Source: a virus
Taxonomy: Duplodnaviria; Caudoviricetes
Virus record (IMG/VR): IMGVR_UViG_3300037424_000414
Coordinates: 1-25,700 of that record
Strand: one strand, 5' to 3'
Length of the DNA: 25,700 nucleotides
The notes beneath the pieces are model-generated. The model had not been told where the DNA came from and made no database searches. It saw only the letters and a program-made list of their open reading frames with translations. The first letter of the stretch is position 1. Every line of letters starts with the position of its first letter. The translations under genes and the position numbers were made by a program. Below are positions 9,501 to 17,714 of this stretch, piece by piece.

Positions 9501-12449
9501 CTCTGTATGCTCTTTTCCTATATACTCATGTAACTGTTCCGCTTCTAGGTATTCATCTACTATAACTTGTTTATTATGGTCATACCCTATTAAACGTCCA
9601 TAAGAAGGAGGTCCCTCAATATCCGCATTGCTTATCCCCCCTGAATAGTTATCTCTAAACTCTATCTTACTAAAATGTTTTTCTAGGGAATATCTATTTG
9701 CTTGTATCTCACCAGGTGTCCATGCTACCCCATCAAATCCTTTTTCTTTTGCGTATGCAAGAATCCTCTTAACTCCAATATCGTATATACGAGACTGTAG
9801 ATAAGCAGGCATCTTACTCTGCTCTCCTTCGATAGTCTTTGTAATATTCTCAGGACTAAGATCATTATTTTTAGCATACTCTATTGCTTTAGGTTTCTGA
9901 TCGAATACATTATCTCCTATATAATACTTAGTATCTCCAGAAGGTCCTTGCATTTCTTCGATGAAGAGGATCTTTTTACCGTCTACTTCCCTTTCATTAA
10001 ATCTAACTCTCACCACAGGGTTTTGAATGGAAGAGTATTGGGAGTGGCCGTCTTGCCATTCAGAAATATCTTTAGGCCATTCAGTAACATCATTACCATA
10101 CTGACCTTTTACATTCTGTAGATAATCAGGAGCCGTAACAAACATCTCCCGATAACTACCTTCCTTCCCCCCGGGGAGTTGGTAGGTGGAGAATTGGGTA
10201 TCTGTAACTGATAAGGAAGTTCCACTAAGGATACCTTCGTCTATGGGCTCAGTCCTTCCACCAAGCACCACATCTTCCAACTTAACACTATTAGCCTCTA
10301 TCGCATCAAGAACATCTTGTTTTTTCACAGGAGTTTCTTTCAGCTCAGATAATATCCCAGTATTATTCAACTCATCCTGAGTAACTCCATTCTTCTCCAA
10401 CATATTCTTAAGCTCACCAATAGACGCCCTTCCACCCATCTTCTCTTCCACCAACTTTTTCATCTTAGAAAAGAACGGAGCTATCTGAGTCGGATCTACT
10501 CCCATGTTCAAAGTAGTCCCACCAATCCGTTCAATATTTGAACGATCTGCATTCCTTGCCCACCTAGCCGCCTCACTAACTGTTTTCTTCCACTGGAGAT
10601 AATAAAGTGGATTATCAAATCTTTCCTCCACCTCACTTGCTCTCGCAGCCAAGTCACTTAGACCATTCCTAACTTGATCAATCTGAACTTCCTCACCATT
10701 AAGATACCTATTAACTTCATTAATAAGATATCTCGTAAAAGTTTCCGGAGAACTAGTCTTCGGTAACTGCTCTTTAAATATCTTACTCATTGTGTTAGTA
10801 TGTTCTATATCCGTTTCCCGTAAAGGATGTTTTTCGGTACTTAGTCCTTTCGGCAAAGGAATCCCTATCTCTTCATCAACCTCGTCAAAGGGCTCTTCTT
10901 TCTTAAATCTATCACGTACAGCATTCAACCCATCAGATACTTTCTCACCTGCCCGGATCGAAAAAGAACTCCCTGTCTCAGGATCAGTAAATATCGGTGC
11001 CGAAGTCCCTACTCCTTCCTGCATTCCGTTAAACTTAACCCCGAGTTCCTCAGCCTGGGATTTGTAAGATTGTTCAAAATTTGAACGAACCCCGTCCAAT
11101 AGGTCAATGCCAGACTTAGGAACTTCCTCAGGCTCGACAGGGGCTTCCTCCCTAACCTCTTTAACCTTATCTATCTTTTCAGCCTTAACCATCAACTCAT
11201 CCATGATGAGCTTGTTAATATCTATCTTACTAATCCTCTCAGCCTCAGCCTTAGCGGCCAACTCAGTCTGTATATCAGAAGTTTCCTTAACTTTTGTCTG
11301 AGCCCTTTCAAGAACATCCTCAGGAATGTTCCCTCCCTTCACCAACCACTCAGCAAGCTTAGGATCGGTCTGAGCATCTTGTATCAAATCCTGTGGAGCC
11401 CTCCCAGTCTTAACCCAAAAGTTCTTAACCCTACTCGAAACATCAGGAACCTTTCCTATTCCATGCATACCTACCATAAATAATGCAGCACCGGCTATAT
11501 CTTCTTTTGTAGGAAGTTTTCCCTCCAACCCTGCACCAACAGTAGACATTACCGCAGCTTCCGTGCCCAGTCTGGGGATCGCTCCTAACGCTGACACTGC
11601 TTTCCCAGCCGCACCTGTAGCCATTCCCGTCACTGCGCCTTTAACAGATTCCTTCGCTACACCTTTGATATCTTCTATATATTCCTCAGGAGTATTAATC
11701 TTTCCATGTTCAAGTTCATATGCATAATGAGCTCTCAATCCAGCAGGCACAGTAAACGCTGCAATGAAGCCAGTTAATGGACTTGCTACCAATGAAGTTG
11801 AAACTCCAGCAGCGGTCATGGTAGGAAGATCACCTACTAACCCTCCAGCCATTTGAGCAAACTTGGTTACGGTAGATTGGGCTTCCATAGCTTTGGGATT
11901 GATGGAAGGATATTTCTTCCCACTCTTTGTCTGCCCTATCAACCCATGAACACTTCCACCTAATCCACTCATGAAGGCAGTATAAAGATCAGGTGAAATA
12001 TCACTAGGCCTAACTCCCAACTGCTCAGCCATAACTATTGAATATGTAGCCTTAGCCTTCTCCTCAGCAGGATCAGTAAATAACCTATGAACCTCATCAC
12101 CTACCTTCTGTATGAAGTTACGTTTAGGTTCATTATAAATACCTGGCTTCGTAGTATACTTCTCTGGCAACTTAACCTTTCCATAAGCAGTCCCTGTTTC
12201 ATCAAGTGGATTTCCCTCTACATCCCATCCACCTGGAGGCGCAGGGGTATTAAGTTCACTTAAAGGTAATGAACCAAAATTAGGAATCATCCAAGGAGGT
12301 GATCCGCTCTCGAAATAACTCCTAAGTTCTGGATTCTTGGAAATTGGTTTCTTTGGAATGGGGATAGTTTCAGGTTCCTCAAGTAAATTCAACCCACTCA
12401 TCCCACTCCCAACTTCCTCTTCACCTAAAAGATCAAGTCCTGAAGGCAT
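6546..12449 (-). CDS. Giant internal virion/DNA-ejection polyvalent protein (1967 aa), LPD38-like C-terminal region
   Basis: Last gene of the structural arm after two ejection-like genes. Gly/Ala-rich hydrophobic N-terminal helices; DFAQGGGVTKALDNAIPYLNASVQG and downstream YIKIP resemble LPD38-containing large phage proteins; central YREMF...RVRFNER...LFIEEMQ...GFDGVAWTPG domain. GGAG RBS. Confidence 0.75.
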   Translation of the reverse strand: MPSGLDLLGEEEVGSGMSGLNLLEEPETIPIPKKPISKNPELRSYFESGSPPWMIPNFGSLPLSELNTPAPPGGWDVEGNPLDETGTAYGKVKLPEKYTTKPGIYNEPKRNFIQKVGDEVHRLFTDPAEEKAKATYSIVMAEQLGVRPSDISPDLYTAFMSGLGGSVHGLIGQTKSGKKYPSINPKAMEAQSTVTKFAQMAGGLVGDLPTMTAAGVSTSLVASPLTGFIAAFTVPAGLRAHYAYELEHGKINTPEEYIEDIKGVAKESVKGAVTGMATGAAGKAVSALGAIPRLGTEAAVMSTVGAGLEGKLPTKEDIAGAALFMVGMHGIGKVPDVSSRVKNFWVKTGRAPQDLIQDAQTDPKLAEWLVKGGNIPEDVLERAQTKVKETSDIQTELAAKAEAERISKIDINKLIMDELMVKAEKIDKVKEVREEAPVEPEEVPKSGIDLLDGVRSNFEQSYKSQAEELGVKFNGMQEGVGTSAPIFTDPETGSSFSIRAGEKVSDGLNAVRDRFKKEEPFDEVDEEIGIPLPKGLSTEKHPLRETDIEHTNTMSKIFKEQLPKTSSPETFTRYLINEVNRYLNGEEVQIDQVRNGLSDLAARASEVEERFDNPLYYLQWKKTVSEAARWARNADRSNIERIGGTTLNMGVDPTQIAPFFSKMKKLVEEKMGGRASIGELKNMLEKNGVTQDELNNTGILSELKETPVKKQDVLDAIEANSVKLEDVVLGGRTEPIDEGILSGTSLSVTDTQFSTYQLPGGKEGSYREMFVTAPDYLQNVKGQYGNDVTEWPKDISEWQDGHSQYSSIQNPVVRVRFNEREVDGKKILFIEEMQGPSGDTKYYIGDNVFDQKPKAIEYAKNNDLSPENITKTIEGEQSKMPAYLQSRIYDIGVKRILAYAKEKGFDGVAWTPGEIQANRYSLEKHFSKIEFRDNYSGGISNADIEGPPSYGRLIGYDHNKQVIVDEYLEAEQLHEYIGKEHTEKLLNTSAELTHSAGTGVRQRTLSGIDLKHTKGNLKDVYDKTIPSMMKKYGKENVEKIPIDITDSGWGDTTKRKMADVQMIPITEKVPGSFSLYTGVDPIEGGKAIIDAAKRAKKYVENARSMKEFKPGVAFEKVKEEVIQSVVDRSGNIRRDMLSDLGDEGYRILQSMYLSKGASARSAEMLKQMRKEVYSGLTKQERRVLDTLILMKRMLDIGGYKTTNQFNFPKGASPIEAAAYTELYQYIEGVTREQAINLRNKMDAYYEWMRKPVKDLFDAGLIKQEEHDALIAHNYRRLKLVEVYDKRHVSKVGATKRTIYDSGVEALSHGRDTDIFEPSSEIMALEVFNRAYGRIMNNEANSALLKLARDHGDNNFVRVKEDRGTKIPSGWNRIFVYENGERKALFISPQMSREWITNSPEVSYKLGQVFRYGSGSPILRTFATGINWGFALANLPRDIMHSWYATRVFEDGKWKSLYSNSLPTFALQMGRDQASVFSDALLRKGRYKDYINEGGGMEFLVHQGRLLQRGRHIEGGLDKVMDFLGYFGETSEIMTRLAIRERALRKGKGSKEATFVARDYMDFAQGGGVTKALDNAIPYLNASVQGTRGMLRAFKDSPIDSAIKMSQFAALVTGMYIASNKYNPQTMQSLQGSIDQQNNICIPIGDQFSYLDSKGQTRYPYIKIPLDPGQKFFKTLFEGATDKWLGNEVDVERITGSLKNMSPVGISSLPPTLSGVLGYVQNKNYWLNEEIWNSNKYGGPYGFPQSGEEFIPGKTPQAMVDLGKVTGLSPERTKYAIEQLITKDNIFTTLGGGLYEKVYGEVPKVEKEMILAEALSKSPGVKRFIGSTNPYSQFAGPIKEGMEKAELERFIQNRGLDARFEGYLADKVDRQEIFEYMQSFKDRDVYNRLKDRFKFAEKIKELPNRAFWLSLKGIEDTETRARLYLDRLDKASPEEQDRIMTEEIPIVLRAGGIISGEFRKEVIKLRSE
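10529..10543. repeat. Dispersed palindrome, copy 3 (intragenic)
   Basis: AATCC-GTTCAATATTTGAAC-GATCT; encodes DRSNIERI on the - strand. Confidence 0.82.
11072..11086. repeat. Dispersed palindrome, copy 4 (intragenic)
   Basis: AGATT-GTTCAAAATTTGAAC-GAACC; encodes VRSNFEQS on the - strand. Confidence 0.9.
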
Positions 12450-12458
12450 ACTTATCTC

Positions 12459-13694
12459 CTACTTAACTACATAACGAAGTTTTTTAATATCACCAGAGGG
12501 CCATCTAACTTCCCATACCATAGTCCTACCATCTTTATCCATCTTCACATCACGAATCTTTCCTCCGCCACCAGTGATTTTATCTTCAATGAACTTAACA
12601 GTAGCCTTAGCTTTAACTCTGCCAGGTGTTTTAGATGTAAAGGTTTCATTCTGAACATCTTCACTGTTAAGGTGTTTTCCCAGATCCTCAGTCCACTTCG
12701 GATCAGAGAAATATAGCTGCCCCTCAAGATCACCCATAGCCTTTTTCTCTTCCAACTTGGTATTAAGATTGACAGTCGTAGCTCCAGCCCTCTTCAAATC
12801 CATCGCTACTTTCTTCATCGCCGGATGGAGCATTATATCTCTAAGGAATCTTCCCTGTTCAGTTGGCGCAGTAGCTTCCCATTCCCTTTGAGACATAAAG
12901 TTAGTATCCCCAAGTATCTCCGCACCATGTTTGGCAACTAAATAATTCCTATCCTTCTCCGGCAATGAACTCCATTCACGAAGGGATACTTCCATCCCTC
13001 CAGGACCTTTAATACCAAAGGGTTGATCAAGTGCAGCTTCCTTCTGCAACTTCATTAATTCAAGTTGTTGCTGGATAGGAATGTTCTCAGTCTGCGCAAT
13101 AGCCTGTTGAGTTAATGCCTGCCTATAGGCATTCTCTATCGGAACACTCTTAGCCTGTTGTGCCAGACCAAATGCTGAAGCTATCATTTCCGGACTAAGA
13201 CCAGCAAGGTCTGATGCATTAAGCTCAGGATAACTTGTACCTTGCTGGTCAATAGCGAAAGGGTTTGCGATGCTAGGTCTACCTCCTGCGGTTTGAGTAG
13301 TACCTATCTGTGGAGTAGGCAATCCAGCATCTGGATTTTGACCAGTTGGATTTAGACTATTAATAACCTCAGGAGACATTAAAGACATTCCACCCTGTCC
13401 TTGCCCTCCACCTAACAACTGACTAATCATCGGATCAGTATTGGGAATCTTCAATGTCAATCCAGTATTATCAAAAGTACCTTTACTCCCATCAGGACCA
13501 AGCATCTTCTTCAACAATGCATTATAGTTCTGACCTTGAATATCTTTATTAACCATTCCACCTAATGCCTCTCCAACAGACCCAGGACCTCCTACAGCTG
13601 AACCTGCTGAAGCTAGAAACTGTCTAACTAATTGATTCTGCATTACATTTCCAAAACTTTCCCAAAGATTATTTCCAGGTTGTATAGTATCCAT
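12459..13694 (-). CDS. Putative internal virion/DNA transfer protein (411 aa)
   Basis: AAGGAG at 13701-13706 precedes ATG 13694 (MDTIQPG), preferred to the track's 13766. Gly/Gln/Ala-rich helical protein in the ejection-gene position. Confidence 0.65.
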   Translation of the reverse strand: MDTIQPGNNLWESFGNVMQNQLVRQFLASAGSAVGGPGSVGEALGGMVNKDIQGQNYNALLKKMLGPDGSKGTFDNTGLTLKIPNTDPMISQLLGGGQGQGGMSLMSPEVINSLNPTGQNPDAGLPTPQIGTTQTAGGRPSIANPFAIDQQGTSYPELNASDLAGLSPEMIASAFGLAQQAKSVPIENAYRQALTQQAIAQTENIPIQQQLELMKLQKEAALDQPFGIKGPGGMEVSLREWSSLPEKDRNYLVAKHGAEILGDTNFMSQREWEATAPTEQGRFLRDIMLHPAMKKVAMDLKRAGATTVNLNTKLEEKKAMGDLEGQLYFSDPKWTEDLGKHLNSEDVQNETFTSKTPGRVKAKATVKFIEDKITGGGGKIRDVKMDKDGRTMVWEVRWPSGDIKKLRYVVK

Positions 13695-13705
13695 TATACC
13701 CTCCT

Positions 13706-14578
13706 TTATGTTGAACTTGCATATCCAGCAGCAGCACCAACTACTGCCCCAATAACTGCTCCCCAAGGACCAAATGCTGACCCTGCTGATGCACCACTCA
13801 TAGCCCCACCTAATGCTGACTGAGCAGCTGATGGAGTCTTTGCTTTATTCATAGTAGTTCCACCAGCTATAGCGGCCATTAAGTTGGCTCCGTACTGAAA
13901 TACTTCAAGGTCCCACAAAGCATCCTTTTCATCTATAGTCATGTCTTGATCTATTTGTTCTTTATGTGCTATAATCTTTATTCTCATAGCGTCAGTAAAG
14001 CTCCTTACAAATTCAGCGTTCCAAGATATCCTTTGACTCATAAATTGAGTCATAACTATAGTACTTTGATTTTTCTGTTCATTCAACTTTAATGTAAGTT
14101 CAGTCGTAAACTTGGCTACATCTCTAGTTTTAAAACTCTCTATTACAGCTGCACCTATAACATATGAAGAGGCCTGGACAGCATTGATATCTTGCATACC
14201 ACGTCTAAATCTGGGCAGTACTTTAGTATTTATCTCATCATCTAATATATCAGAATACGCAGACACACTCGCTGGAATAGAGGTATCTAATGTAGTCCCT
14301 ATACTTGTATATATAGTATCAAATATAACTCCTTCATCCAAACCTAAAAGTAGTATCTTATAAGCCGCAAACTCAGCTTCATATAAAGCTATATCATTGG
14401 CTGGGTCATATGCATTTAAAGCCACCCAAGGTGAATTTCCTATAGCTGCATTCATACAATCTGTTATAGAAGATTCTATAACATCTGCTCCACCTTGATT
14501 CATCCACTCATGATGAGCAGCTTCTAGATATGCAGAATGGGTAACAGCTCCTGATGATCCACCACCTGAACTTCCCAT
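13706..14578 (-). CDS. Putative DNA transfer/pilot ejection protein (P22 gp7-like position)
   Basis: N-terminal MGSSGGGSSG and C-terminal glycine zipper SALGGAMSGASAGSAFGPWGAVIGAVVGAAAG, typical of podoviral ejection proteins. GGAGG RBS. Confidence 0.7.
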   Translation of the reverse strand: MGSSGGGSSGAVTHSAYLEAAHHEWMNQGGADVIESSITDCMNAAIGNSPWVALNAYDPANDIALYEAEFAAYKILLLGLDEGVIFDTIYTSIGTTLDTSIPASVSAYSDILDDEINTKVLPRFRRGMQDINAVQASSYVIGAAVIESFKTRDVAKFTTELTLKLNEQKNQSTIVMTQFMSQRISWNAEFVRSFTDAMRIKIIAHKEQIDQDMTIDEKDALWDLEVFQYGANLMAAIAGGTTMNKAKTPSAAQSALGGAMSGASAGSAFGPWGAVIGAVVGAAAGYASST

Positions 14579-14593
14579 ATAAACCTCCAGTTA

Positions 14594-15040
14594 TTAAGTT
14601 AATAACTTAACTAGGTCAATAGCTATAAATGTATTGATAGTAGCTCCATAGTTTTTAGCTATATTTATCAAATGCTCATTATCAGTATATGCTAGTATTC
14701 GTGAACATCCTTTTGATACTGCATACTTTGCAAGCGCTATACTTCCTTCCTTCCATCTTTCTTCAGTAATTCTTGAATACCCATATAAAGAATATATTAA
14801 AAGACTTCTTGTACCACTAGGGATATCCTCTAATAGTTCCGTAACTACTACTGCTTCAAACTTATTATTTTCTCTATCATAAGCAGCCCAGACATCTAAC
14901 TGCCCACTTAACATTGCAGATAGATGAAGATTAATTTTGTTAGGGCTTTCACCAGTTATAGGAGGGATAGATTCCTCTATAGCAAATTTAATAACTGGCC
15001 ACATTGAAGATATTTGATCTGGAAGAAGTTTATTAATCAC
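14594..15040 (-). CDS. Acyltransferase-fold-like virion assembly protein (T7 gp13/P22 gp14-like position)
   Basis: 148 aa between nozzle and ejection genes; LLIYSLYG...LAKYAVSKGCSRILAYT resembles the GNAT-like pattern. Confidence 0.55.
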   Translation of the reverse strand: MINKLLPDQISSMWPVIKFAIEESIPPITGESPNKINLHLSAMLSGQLDVWAAYDRENNKFEAVVVTELLEDIPSGTRSLLIYSLYGYSRITEERWKEGSIALAKYAVSKGCSRILAYTDNEHLINIAKNYGATINTFIAIDLVKLLT

Positions 15041-16434
15041 TTTTGGTCTCCTCTAAGTCCTGGTGCATAGACTCCTCGTATCCCGCGGAGGTCTGTCATT
15101 TTGTATCTCATTTTGATAAATCCTATCTTGGTATCAGTTGAAAGTTCATCATTAAAGATTAACTTAACTTTAAACGCATCACCTGTAGCAATGATAGATG
15201 AAATCATCTTATCGTTCATAGGTTTAGGTCCAACAGTTGTCCATGTCTTACTATCGTTGGTTACAGATACTTCAACATCTATATCATCGTTTCCAGTCAC
15301 ATCTGATTCAACAACAAAGGATGTTTTCTGTCCTTTATATCCCATGTTAAATATCTCTGTATTTAGATATGGTTCACTATCATCAACAAACTCTGGTATG
15401 GCATACATAGACCTTCCAGTCCTCCATATTGTAGAAGGATGCTGTCTAACTTCAGTCATACCATAGTTGGAGAATAAGAAAGTTTTCGTTTCATTTCCTA
15501 TGTAAAAATCTCCTTTAATTGGATCATAGTTGACTATAACATCTTGTCCTTCTAATGTTTCCAGTATGTGTTGATAACCTAGTTCCTTAACTCCTTCAGT
15601 AGTAACCTCTCTTAATATATAATCACTTCCAACAAAGATATGTTTACCTTTATTTCCATTCACAGCTCCTCTATTAACCAATCCTACTTCACACCTTTCC
15701 TTAAATCCGAATGTAGTTACAGGCTCATTCATGGCGTGGAGGAAAGTTACTCCCATTGAAGAGTAACCAATTAATAGTTGATCTAACCTCCTAATATGAT
15801 AAACATCTCCACCATATGGACAGCGTCTATATCCAGCTTCATTGGTCTCATCTACTGTAAAATCAAAGGAGCCGATCTTAGACCATACATAGTGTTTTTC
15901 ATCCAAGCTATTCCATCCATTAGTTACAGCCCCTCCGACTGCTTGACCTTTGAAATTGCAGATAGTCCGGAGTAAAGGAATTGTAGCACTTGGATCGACC
16001 TGTAACCATGAATCACTTGTATAATCATAATGAAGTATTCCAGTCCCATTCATCATAACTGCATACTTTCCAAAGTCAGCAACTTCCATTAATGTCCCAG
16101 TACCGAATGTAAGTTGGTCGAATAAGAATAACCATGTTAAAGTTTGATTGTCTTCACTGACCAAGTACACATTATCTCCAAGGTCAGTGACTAAATCTCT
16201 AACAATCAAAAACTTGTTCTTCTCGCCAACTACCAACTGTGGAAATGGCCAACTATACAACATATCAAATGCAGGAGGGAGGGGATTGGTTAGGACGATG
16301 TGAGGTTCCAGTCCACTCCTTCCACACCTAAATCCTAAACACTCAGATAGATACTCCGAATTCGGAGGAAGTCCTTTATCTGGACTAAGTCCATTCTTCA
16401 ATGCATTATCTATAACAAACTCAAACTCACGCAT
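15037..16434 (-). CDS. Tail nozzle / DNA stabilisation protein (beta-propeller-like)
   Basis: Beta-strand-rich 465 aa with YVWSKIGSFDF. GAGG at 16441-16444 favours ATG 16434 (MREFEF). Position after the adaptor. Confidence 0.65.
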   Translation of the reverse strand: MREFEFVIDNALKNGLSPDKGLPPNSEYLSECLGFRCGRSGLEPHIVLTNPLPPAFDMLYSWPFPQLVVGEKNKFLIVRDLVTDLGDNVYLVSEDNQTLTWLFLFDQLTFGTGTLMEVADFGKYAVMMNGTGILHYDYTSDSWLQVDPSATIPLLRTICNFKGQAVGGAVTNGWNSLDEKHYVWSKIGSFDFTVDETNEAGYRRCPYGGDVYHIRRLDQLLIGYSSMGVTFLHAMNEPVTTFGFKERCEVGLVNRGAVNGNKGKHIFVGSDYILREVTTEGVKELGYQHILETLEGQDVIVNYDPIKGDFYIGNETKTFLFSNYGMTEVRQHPSTIWRTGRSMYAIPEFVDDSEPYLNTEIFNMGYKGQKTSFVVESDVTGNDDIDVEVSVTNDSKTWTTVGPKPMNDKMISSIIATGDAFKVKLIFNDELSTDTKIGFIKMRYKMTDLRGIRGVYAPGLRGDQK

Positions 16435-16918
16435 TCTCGTCCTCGATTGCAGATTGTTCAAAATTTGAACGAACATTTTCAAGTTCGTCAATTAGAAATG
16501 ACTTAGCACTTGAGTCGCGGATAGTAGGAATGAATGTAAAGGATAGCCAGACCTCGGTAAGTATCTCACTGTCAGGTTCAATAGTTACTGATAAGCAGTC
16601 ACCTTCCTTAACATCAATTCCTATGTGTTTACTAACTATTTTCCTATTTATATTAAACCCTGTAGACTGAGAATCTTCATCATTAAATAACCTAACATTC
16701 AAGAATACATCAGTCTTAGGTTTATGATCGAATCTAACCACACCTTTATACACAGTCCCATCACAGGGGAACATGTATCTAAATATAATCCCCTGAATAT
16801 CATCTCCTATAACCACATGAGAGATGGAAGAAGGAGGGATTATAATAGAAGCACGTTTCTTTGCTCGACGCATTAAGCGATCAGTAATGGTTTCTAGTCT
16901 CTTAACTCTATTCTCCAT
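16427..16918 (-). CDS. Hypothetical virion protein (163 aa)
   Basis: Abuts the adaptor stop, GGAGGG RBS, beta-rich C-terminal part. Confidence 0.6.
   Translation of the reverse strand: MENRVKRLETITDRLMRRAKKRASIIIPPSSISHVVIGDDIQGIIFRYMFPCDGTVYKGVVRFDHKPKTDVFLNVRLFNDEDSQSTGFNINRKIVSKHIGIDVKEGDCLSVTIEPDSEILTEVWLSFTFIPTIRDSSAKSFLIDELENVRSNFEQSAIEDENA
16456..16470. repeat. Dispersed palindrome, copy 5
   Basis: AGATT-GTTCAAAATTTGAAC-GAACA in the 3' end of the 163-aa gene (VRSNFEQS), 21 nt before ATG 16434. Confidence 0.9.
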
Positions 16919-17647
16919 TTACCCCTCCCCCATTTCTGTGACACCAGCAATTATTTCTTCCACAAGATCAAATCCTAGAAGTCTCATATCTCCAGTGATT
17001 ACATTATCCCAGTCTTTAACCCCTTGAGTGTTTCGATTAGTTATTTCAATCTGTCTCATTGTTGAGTTAAGTAACAACATTGGATGAGTGTCAGACCAGT
17101 AGTTTGAATCTATATCATTAAGCAACTTAGATTGATAAAATAAACCTCTTATATCAAGCACAGTTTGATATGTAACTGGGACATTTAATAGGAAGGTATT
17201 ATATTCATTGGCATTTCCAGCAGGGATTTCAATCATCCCTATAAATGCCTGAATACTATTAACTGTTAAAGATTCAGCCACTAACCTTGACAAACAAGGT
17301 GAATAATAAAGTGGAGTCCCACTGGTTCGATCACTTGGAAATCCACCAAGATAACCAGTAATCAGGTCTTGTAAATTTTTCTTCTCAAGTTGCCATCTTC
17401 CATTGACAGCGTCTATTAACCACACTTCTTTAATTGCCCTACAATATGGCACCGAGGCAGAAAACATTCCTGATTCAATTAACCTAAAACACGAAGCCCA
17501 GGACTTCTGTGTTTCGTCTAATCTATCAAGGTACCGACTCCCCTCGTTAATGTAAAAGTCAGCACCGTTGTCTGAACCGTCTACATTAACCAAATCTACT
17601 CTCCCACTTATTTCCCTCAACTTTGATCTAACTTGTAAAAGGTTCAT
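16919..17647 (-). CDS. Head-tail adaptor / tail tubular protein A-like
   Basis: First gene after the capsid terminator. MNLLQVRSKLR...DFYINEG...GTPLYY...NYWSDTHPMLLL fits adaptor-like proteins. GAGGTG RBS before ATG 17647. Confidence 0.65.
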   Translation of the reverse strand: MNLLQVRSKLREISGRVDLVNVDGSDNGADFYINEGSRYLDRLDETQKSWASCFRLIESGMFSASVPYCRAIKEVWLIDAVNGRWQLEKKNLQDLITGYLGGFPSDRTSGTPLYYSPCLSRLVAESLTVNSIQAFIGMIEIPAGNANEYNTFLLNVPVTYQTVLDIRGLFYQSKLLNDIDSNYWSDTHPMLLLNSTMRQIEITNRNTQGVKDWDNVITGDMRLLGFDLVEEIIAGVTEMGEG

Positions 17648-17657
17648 AGTCACCTCG

Positions 17658-17696
17658 AAAAAACTGGGAGGGAGAAAGGAGTAACTCCCTCCCAGT
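17658..17696 (-). terminator. Rho-independent terminator after the major capsid gene
   Basis: On the - strand: ACTGGGAGGGAG-TTACTCCTTT-CTCCCTCCCAGT-TTTTT, a perfect 12-bp stem, 10-nt loop and U-tract. Confidence 0.9.
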
Positions 17697-17714
17697 CCGG
17701 CCTAGAAAGTTAAG

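Noticed and set aside
9289-11301. Several + strand ORFs inside the giant gene
   Set aside because: Ser/Leu/Phe-rich mirror translations of a Glu/Lys-rich protein.
1-12449. Apparent C-over-G excess on the + strand across both arms
   Set aside because: Visible in patches but reversed in others (for example around 4020-4190); it cannot be supported without computing cumulative skew.
13695-13766. Cys/Trp-rich N-terminal extension of the 435-aa ORF
   Set aside because: Artefact of choosing the longest ORF; it overlaps the upstream gene, and AAGGAG supports ATG 13694.
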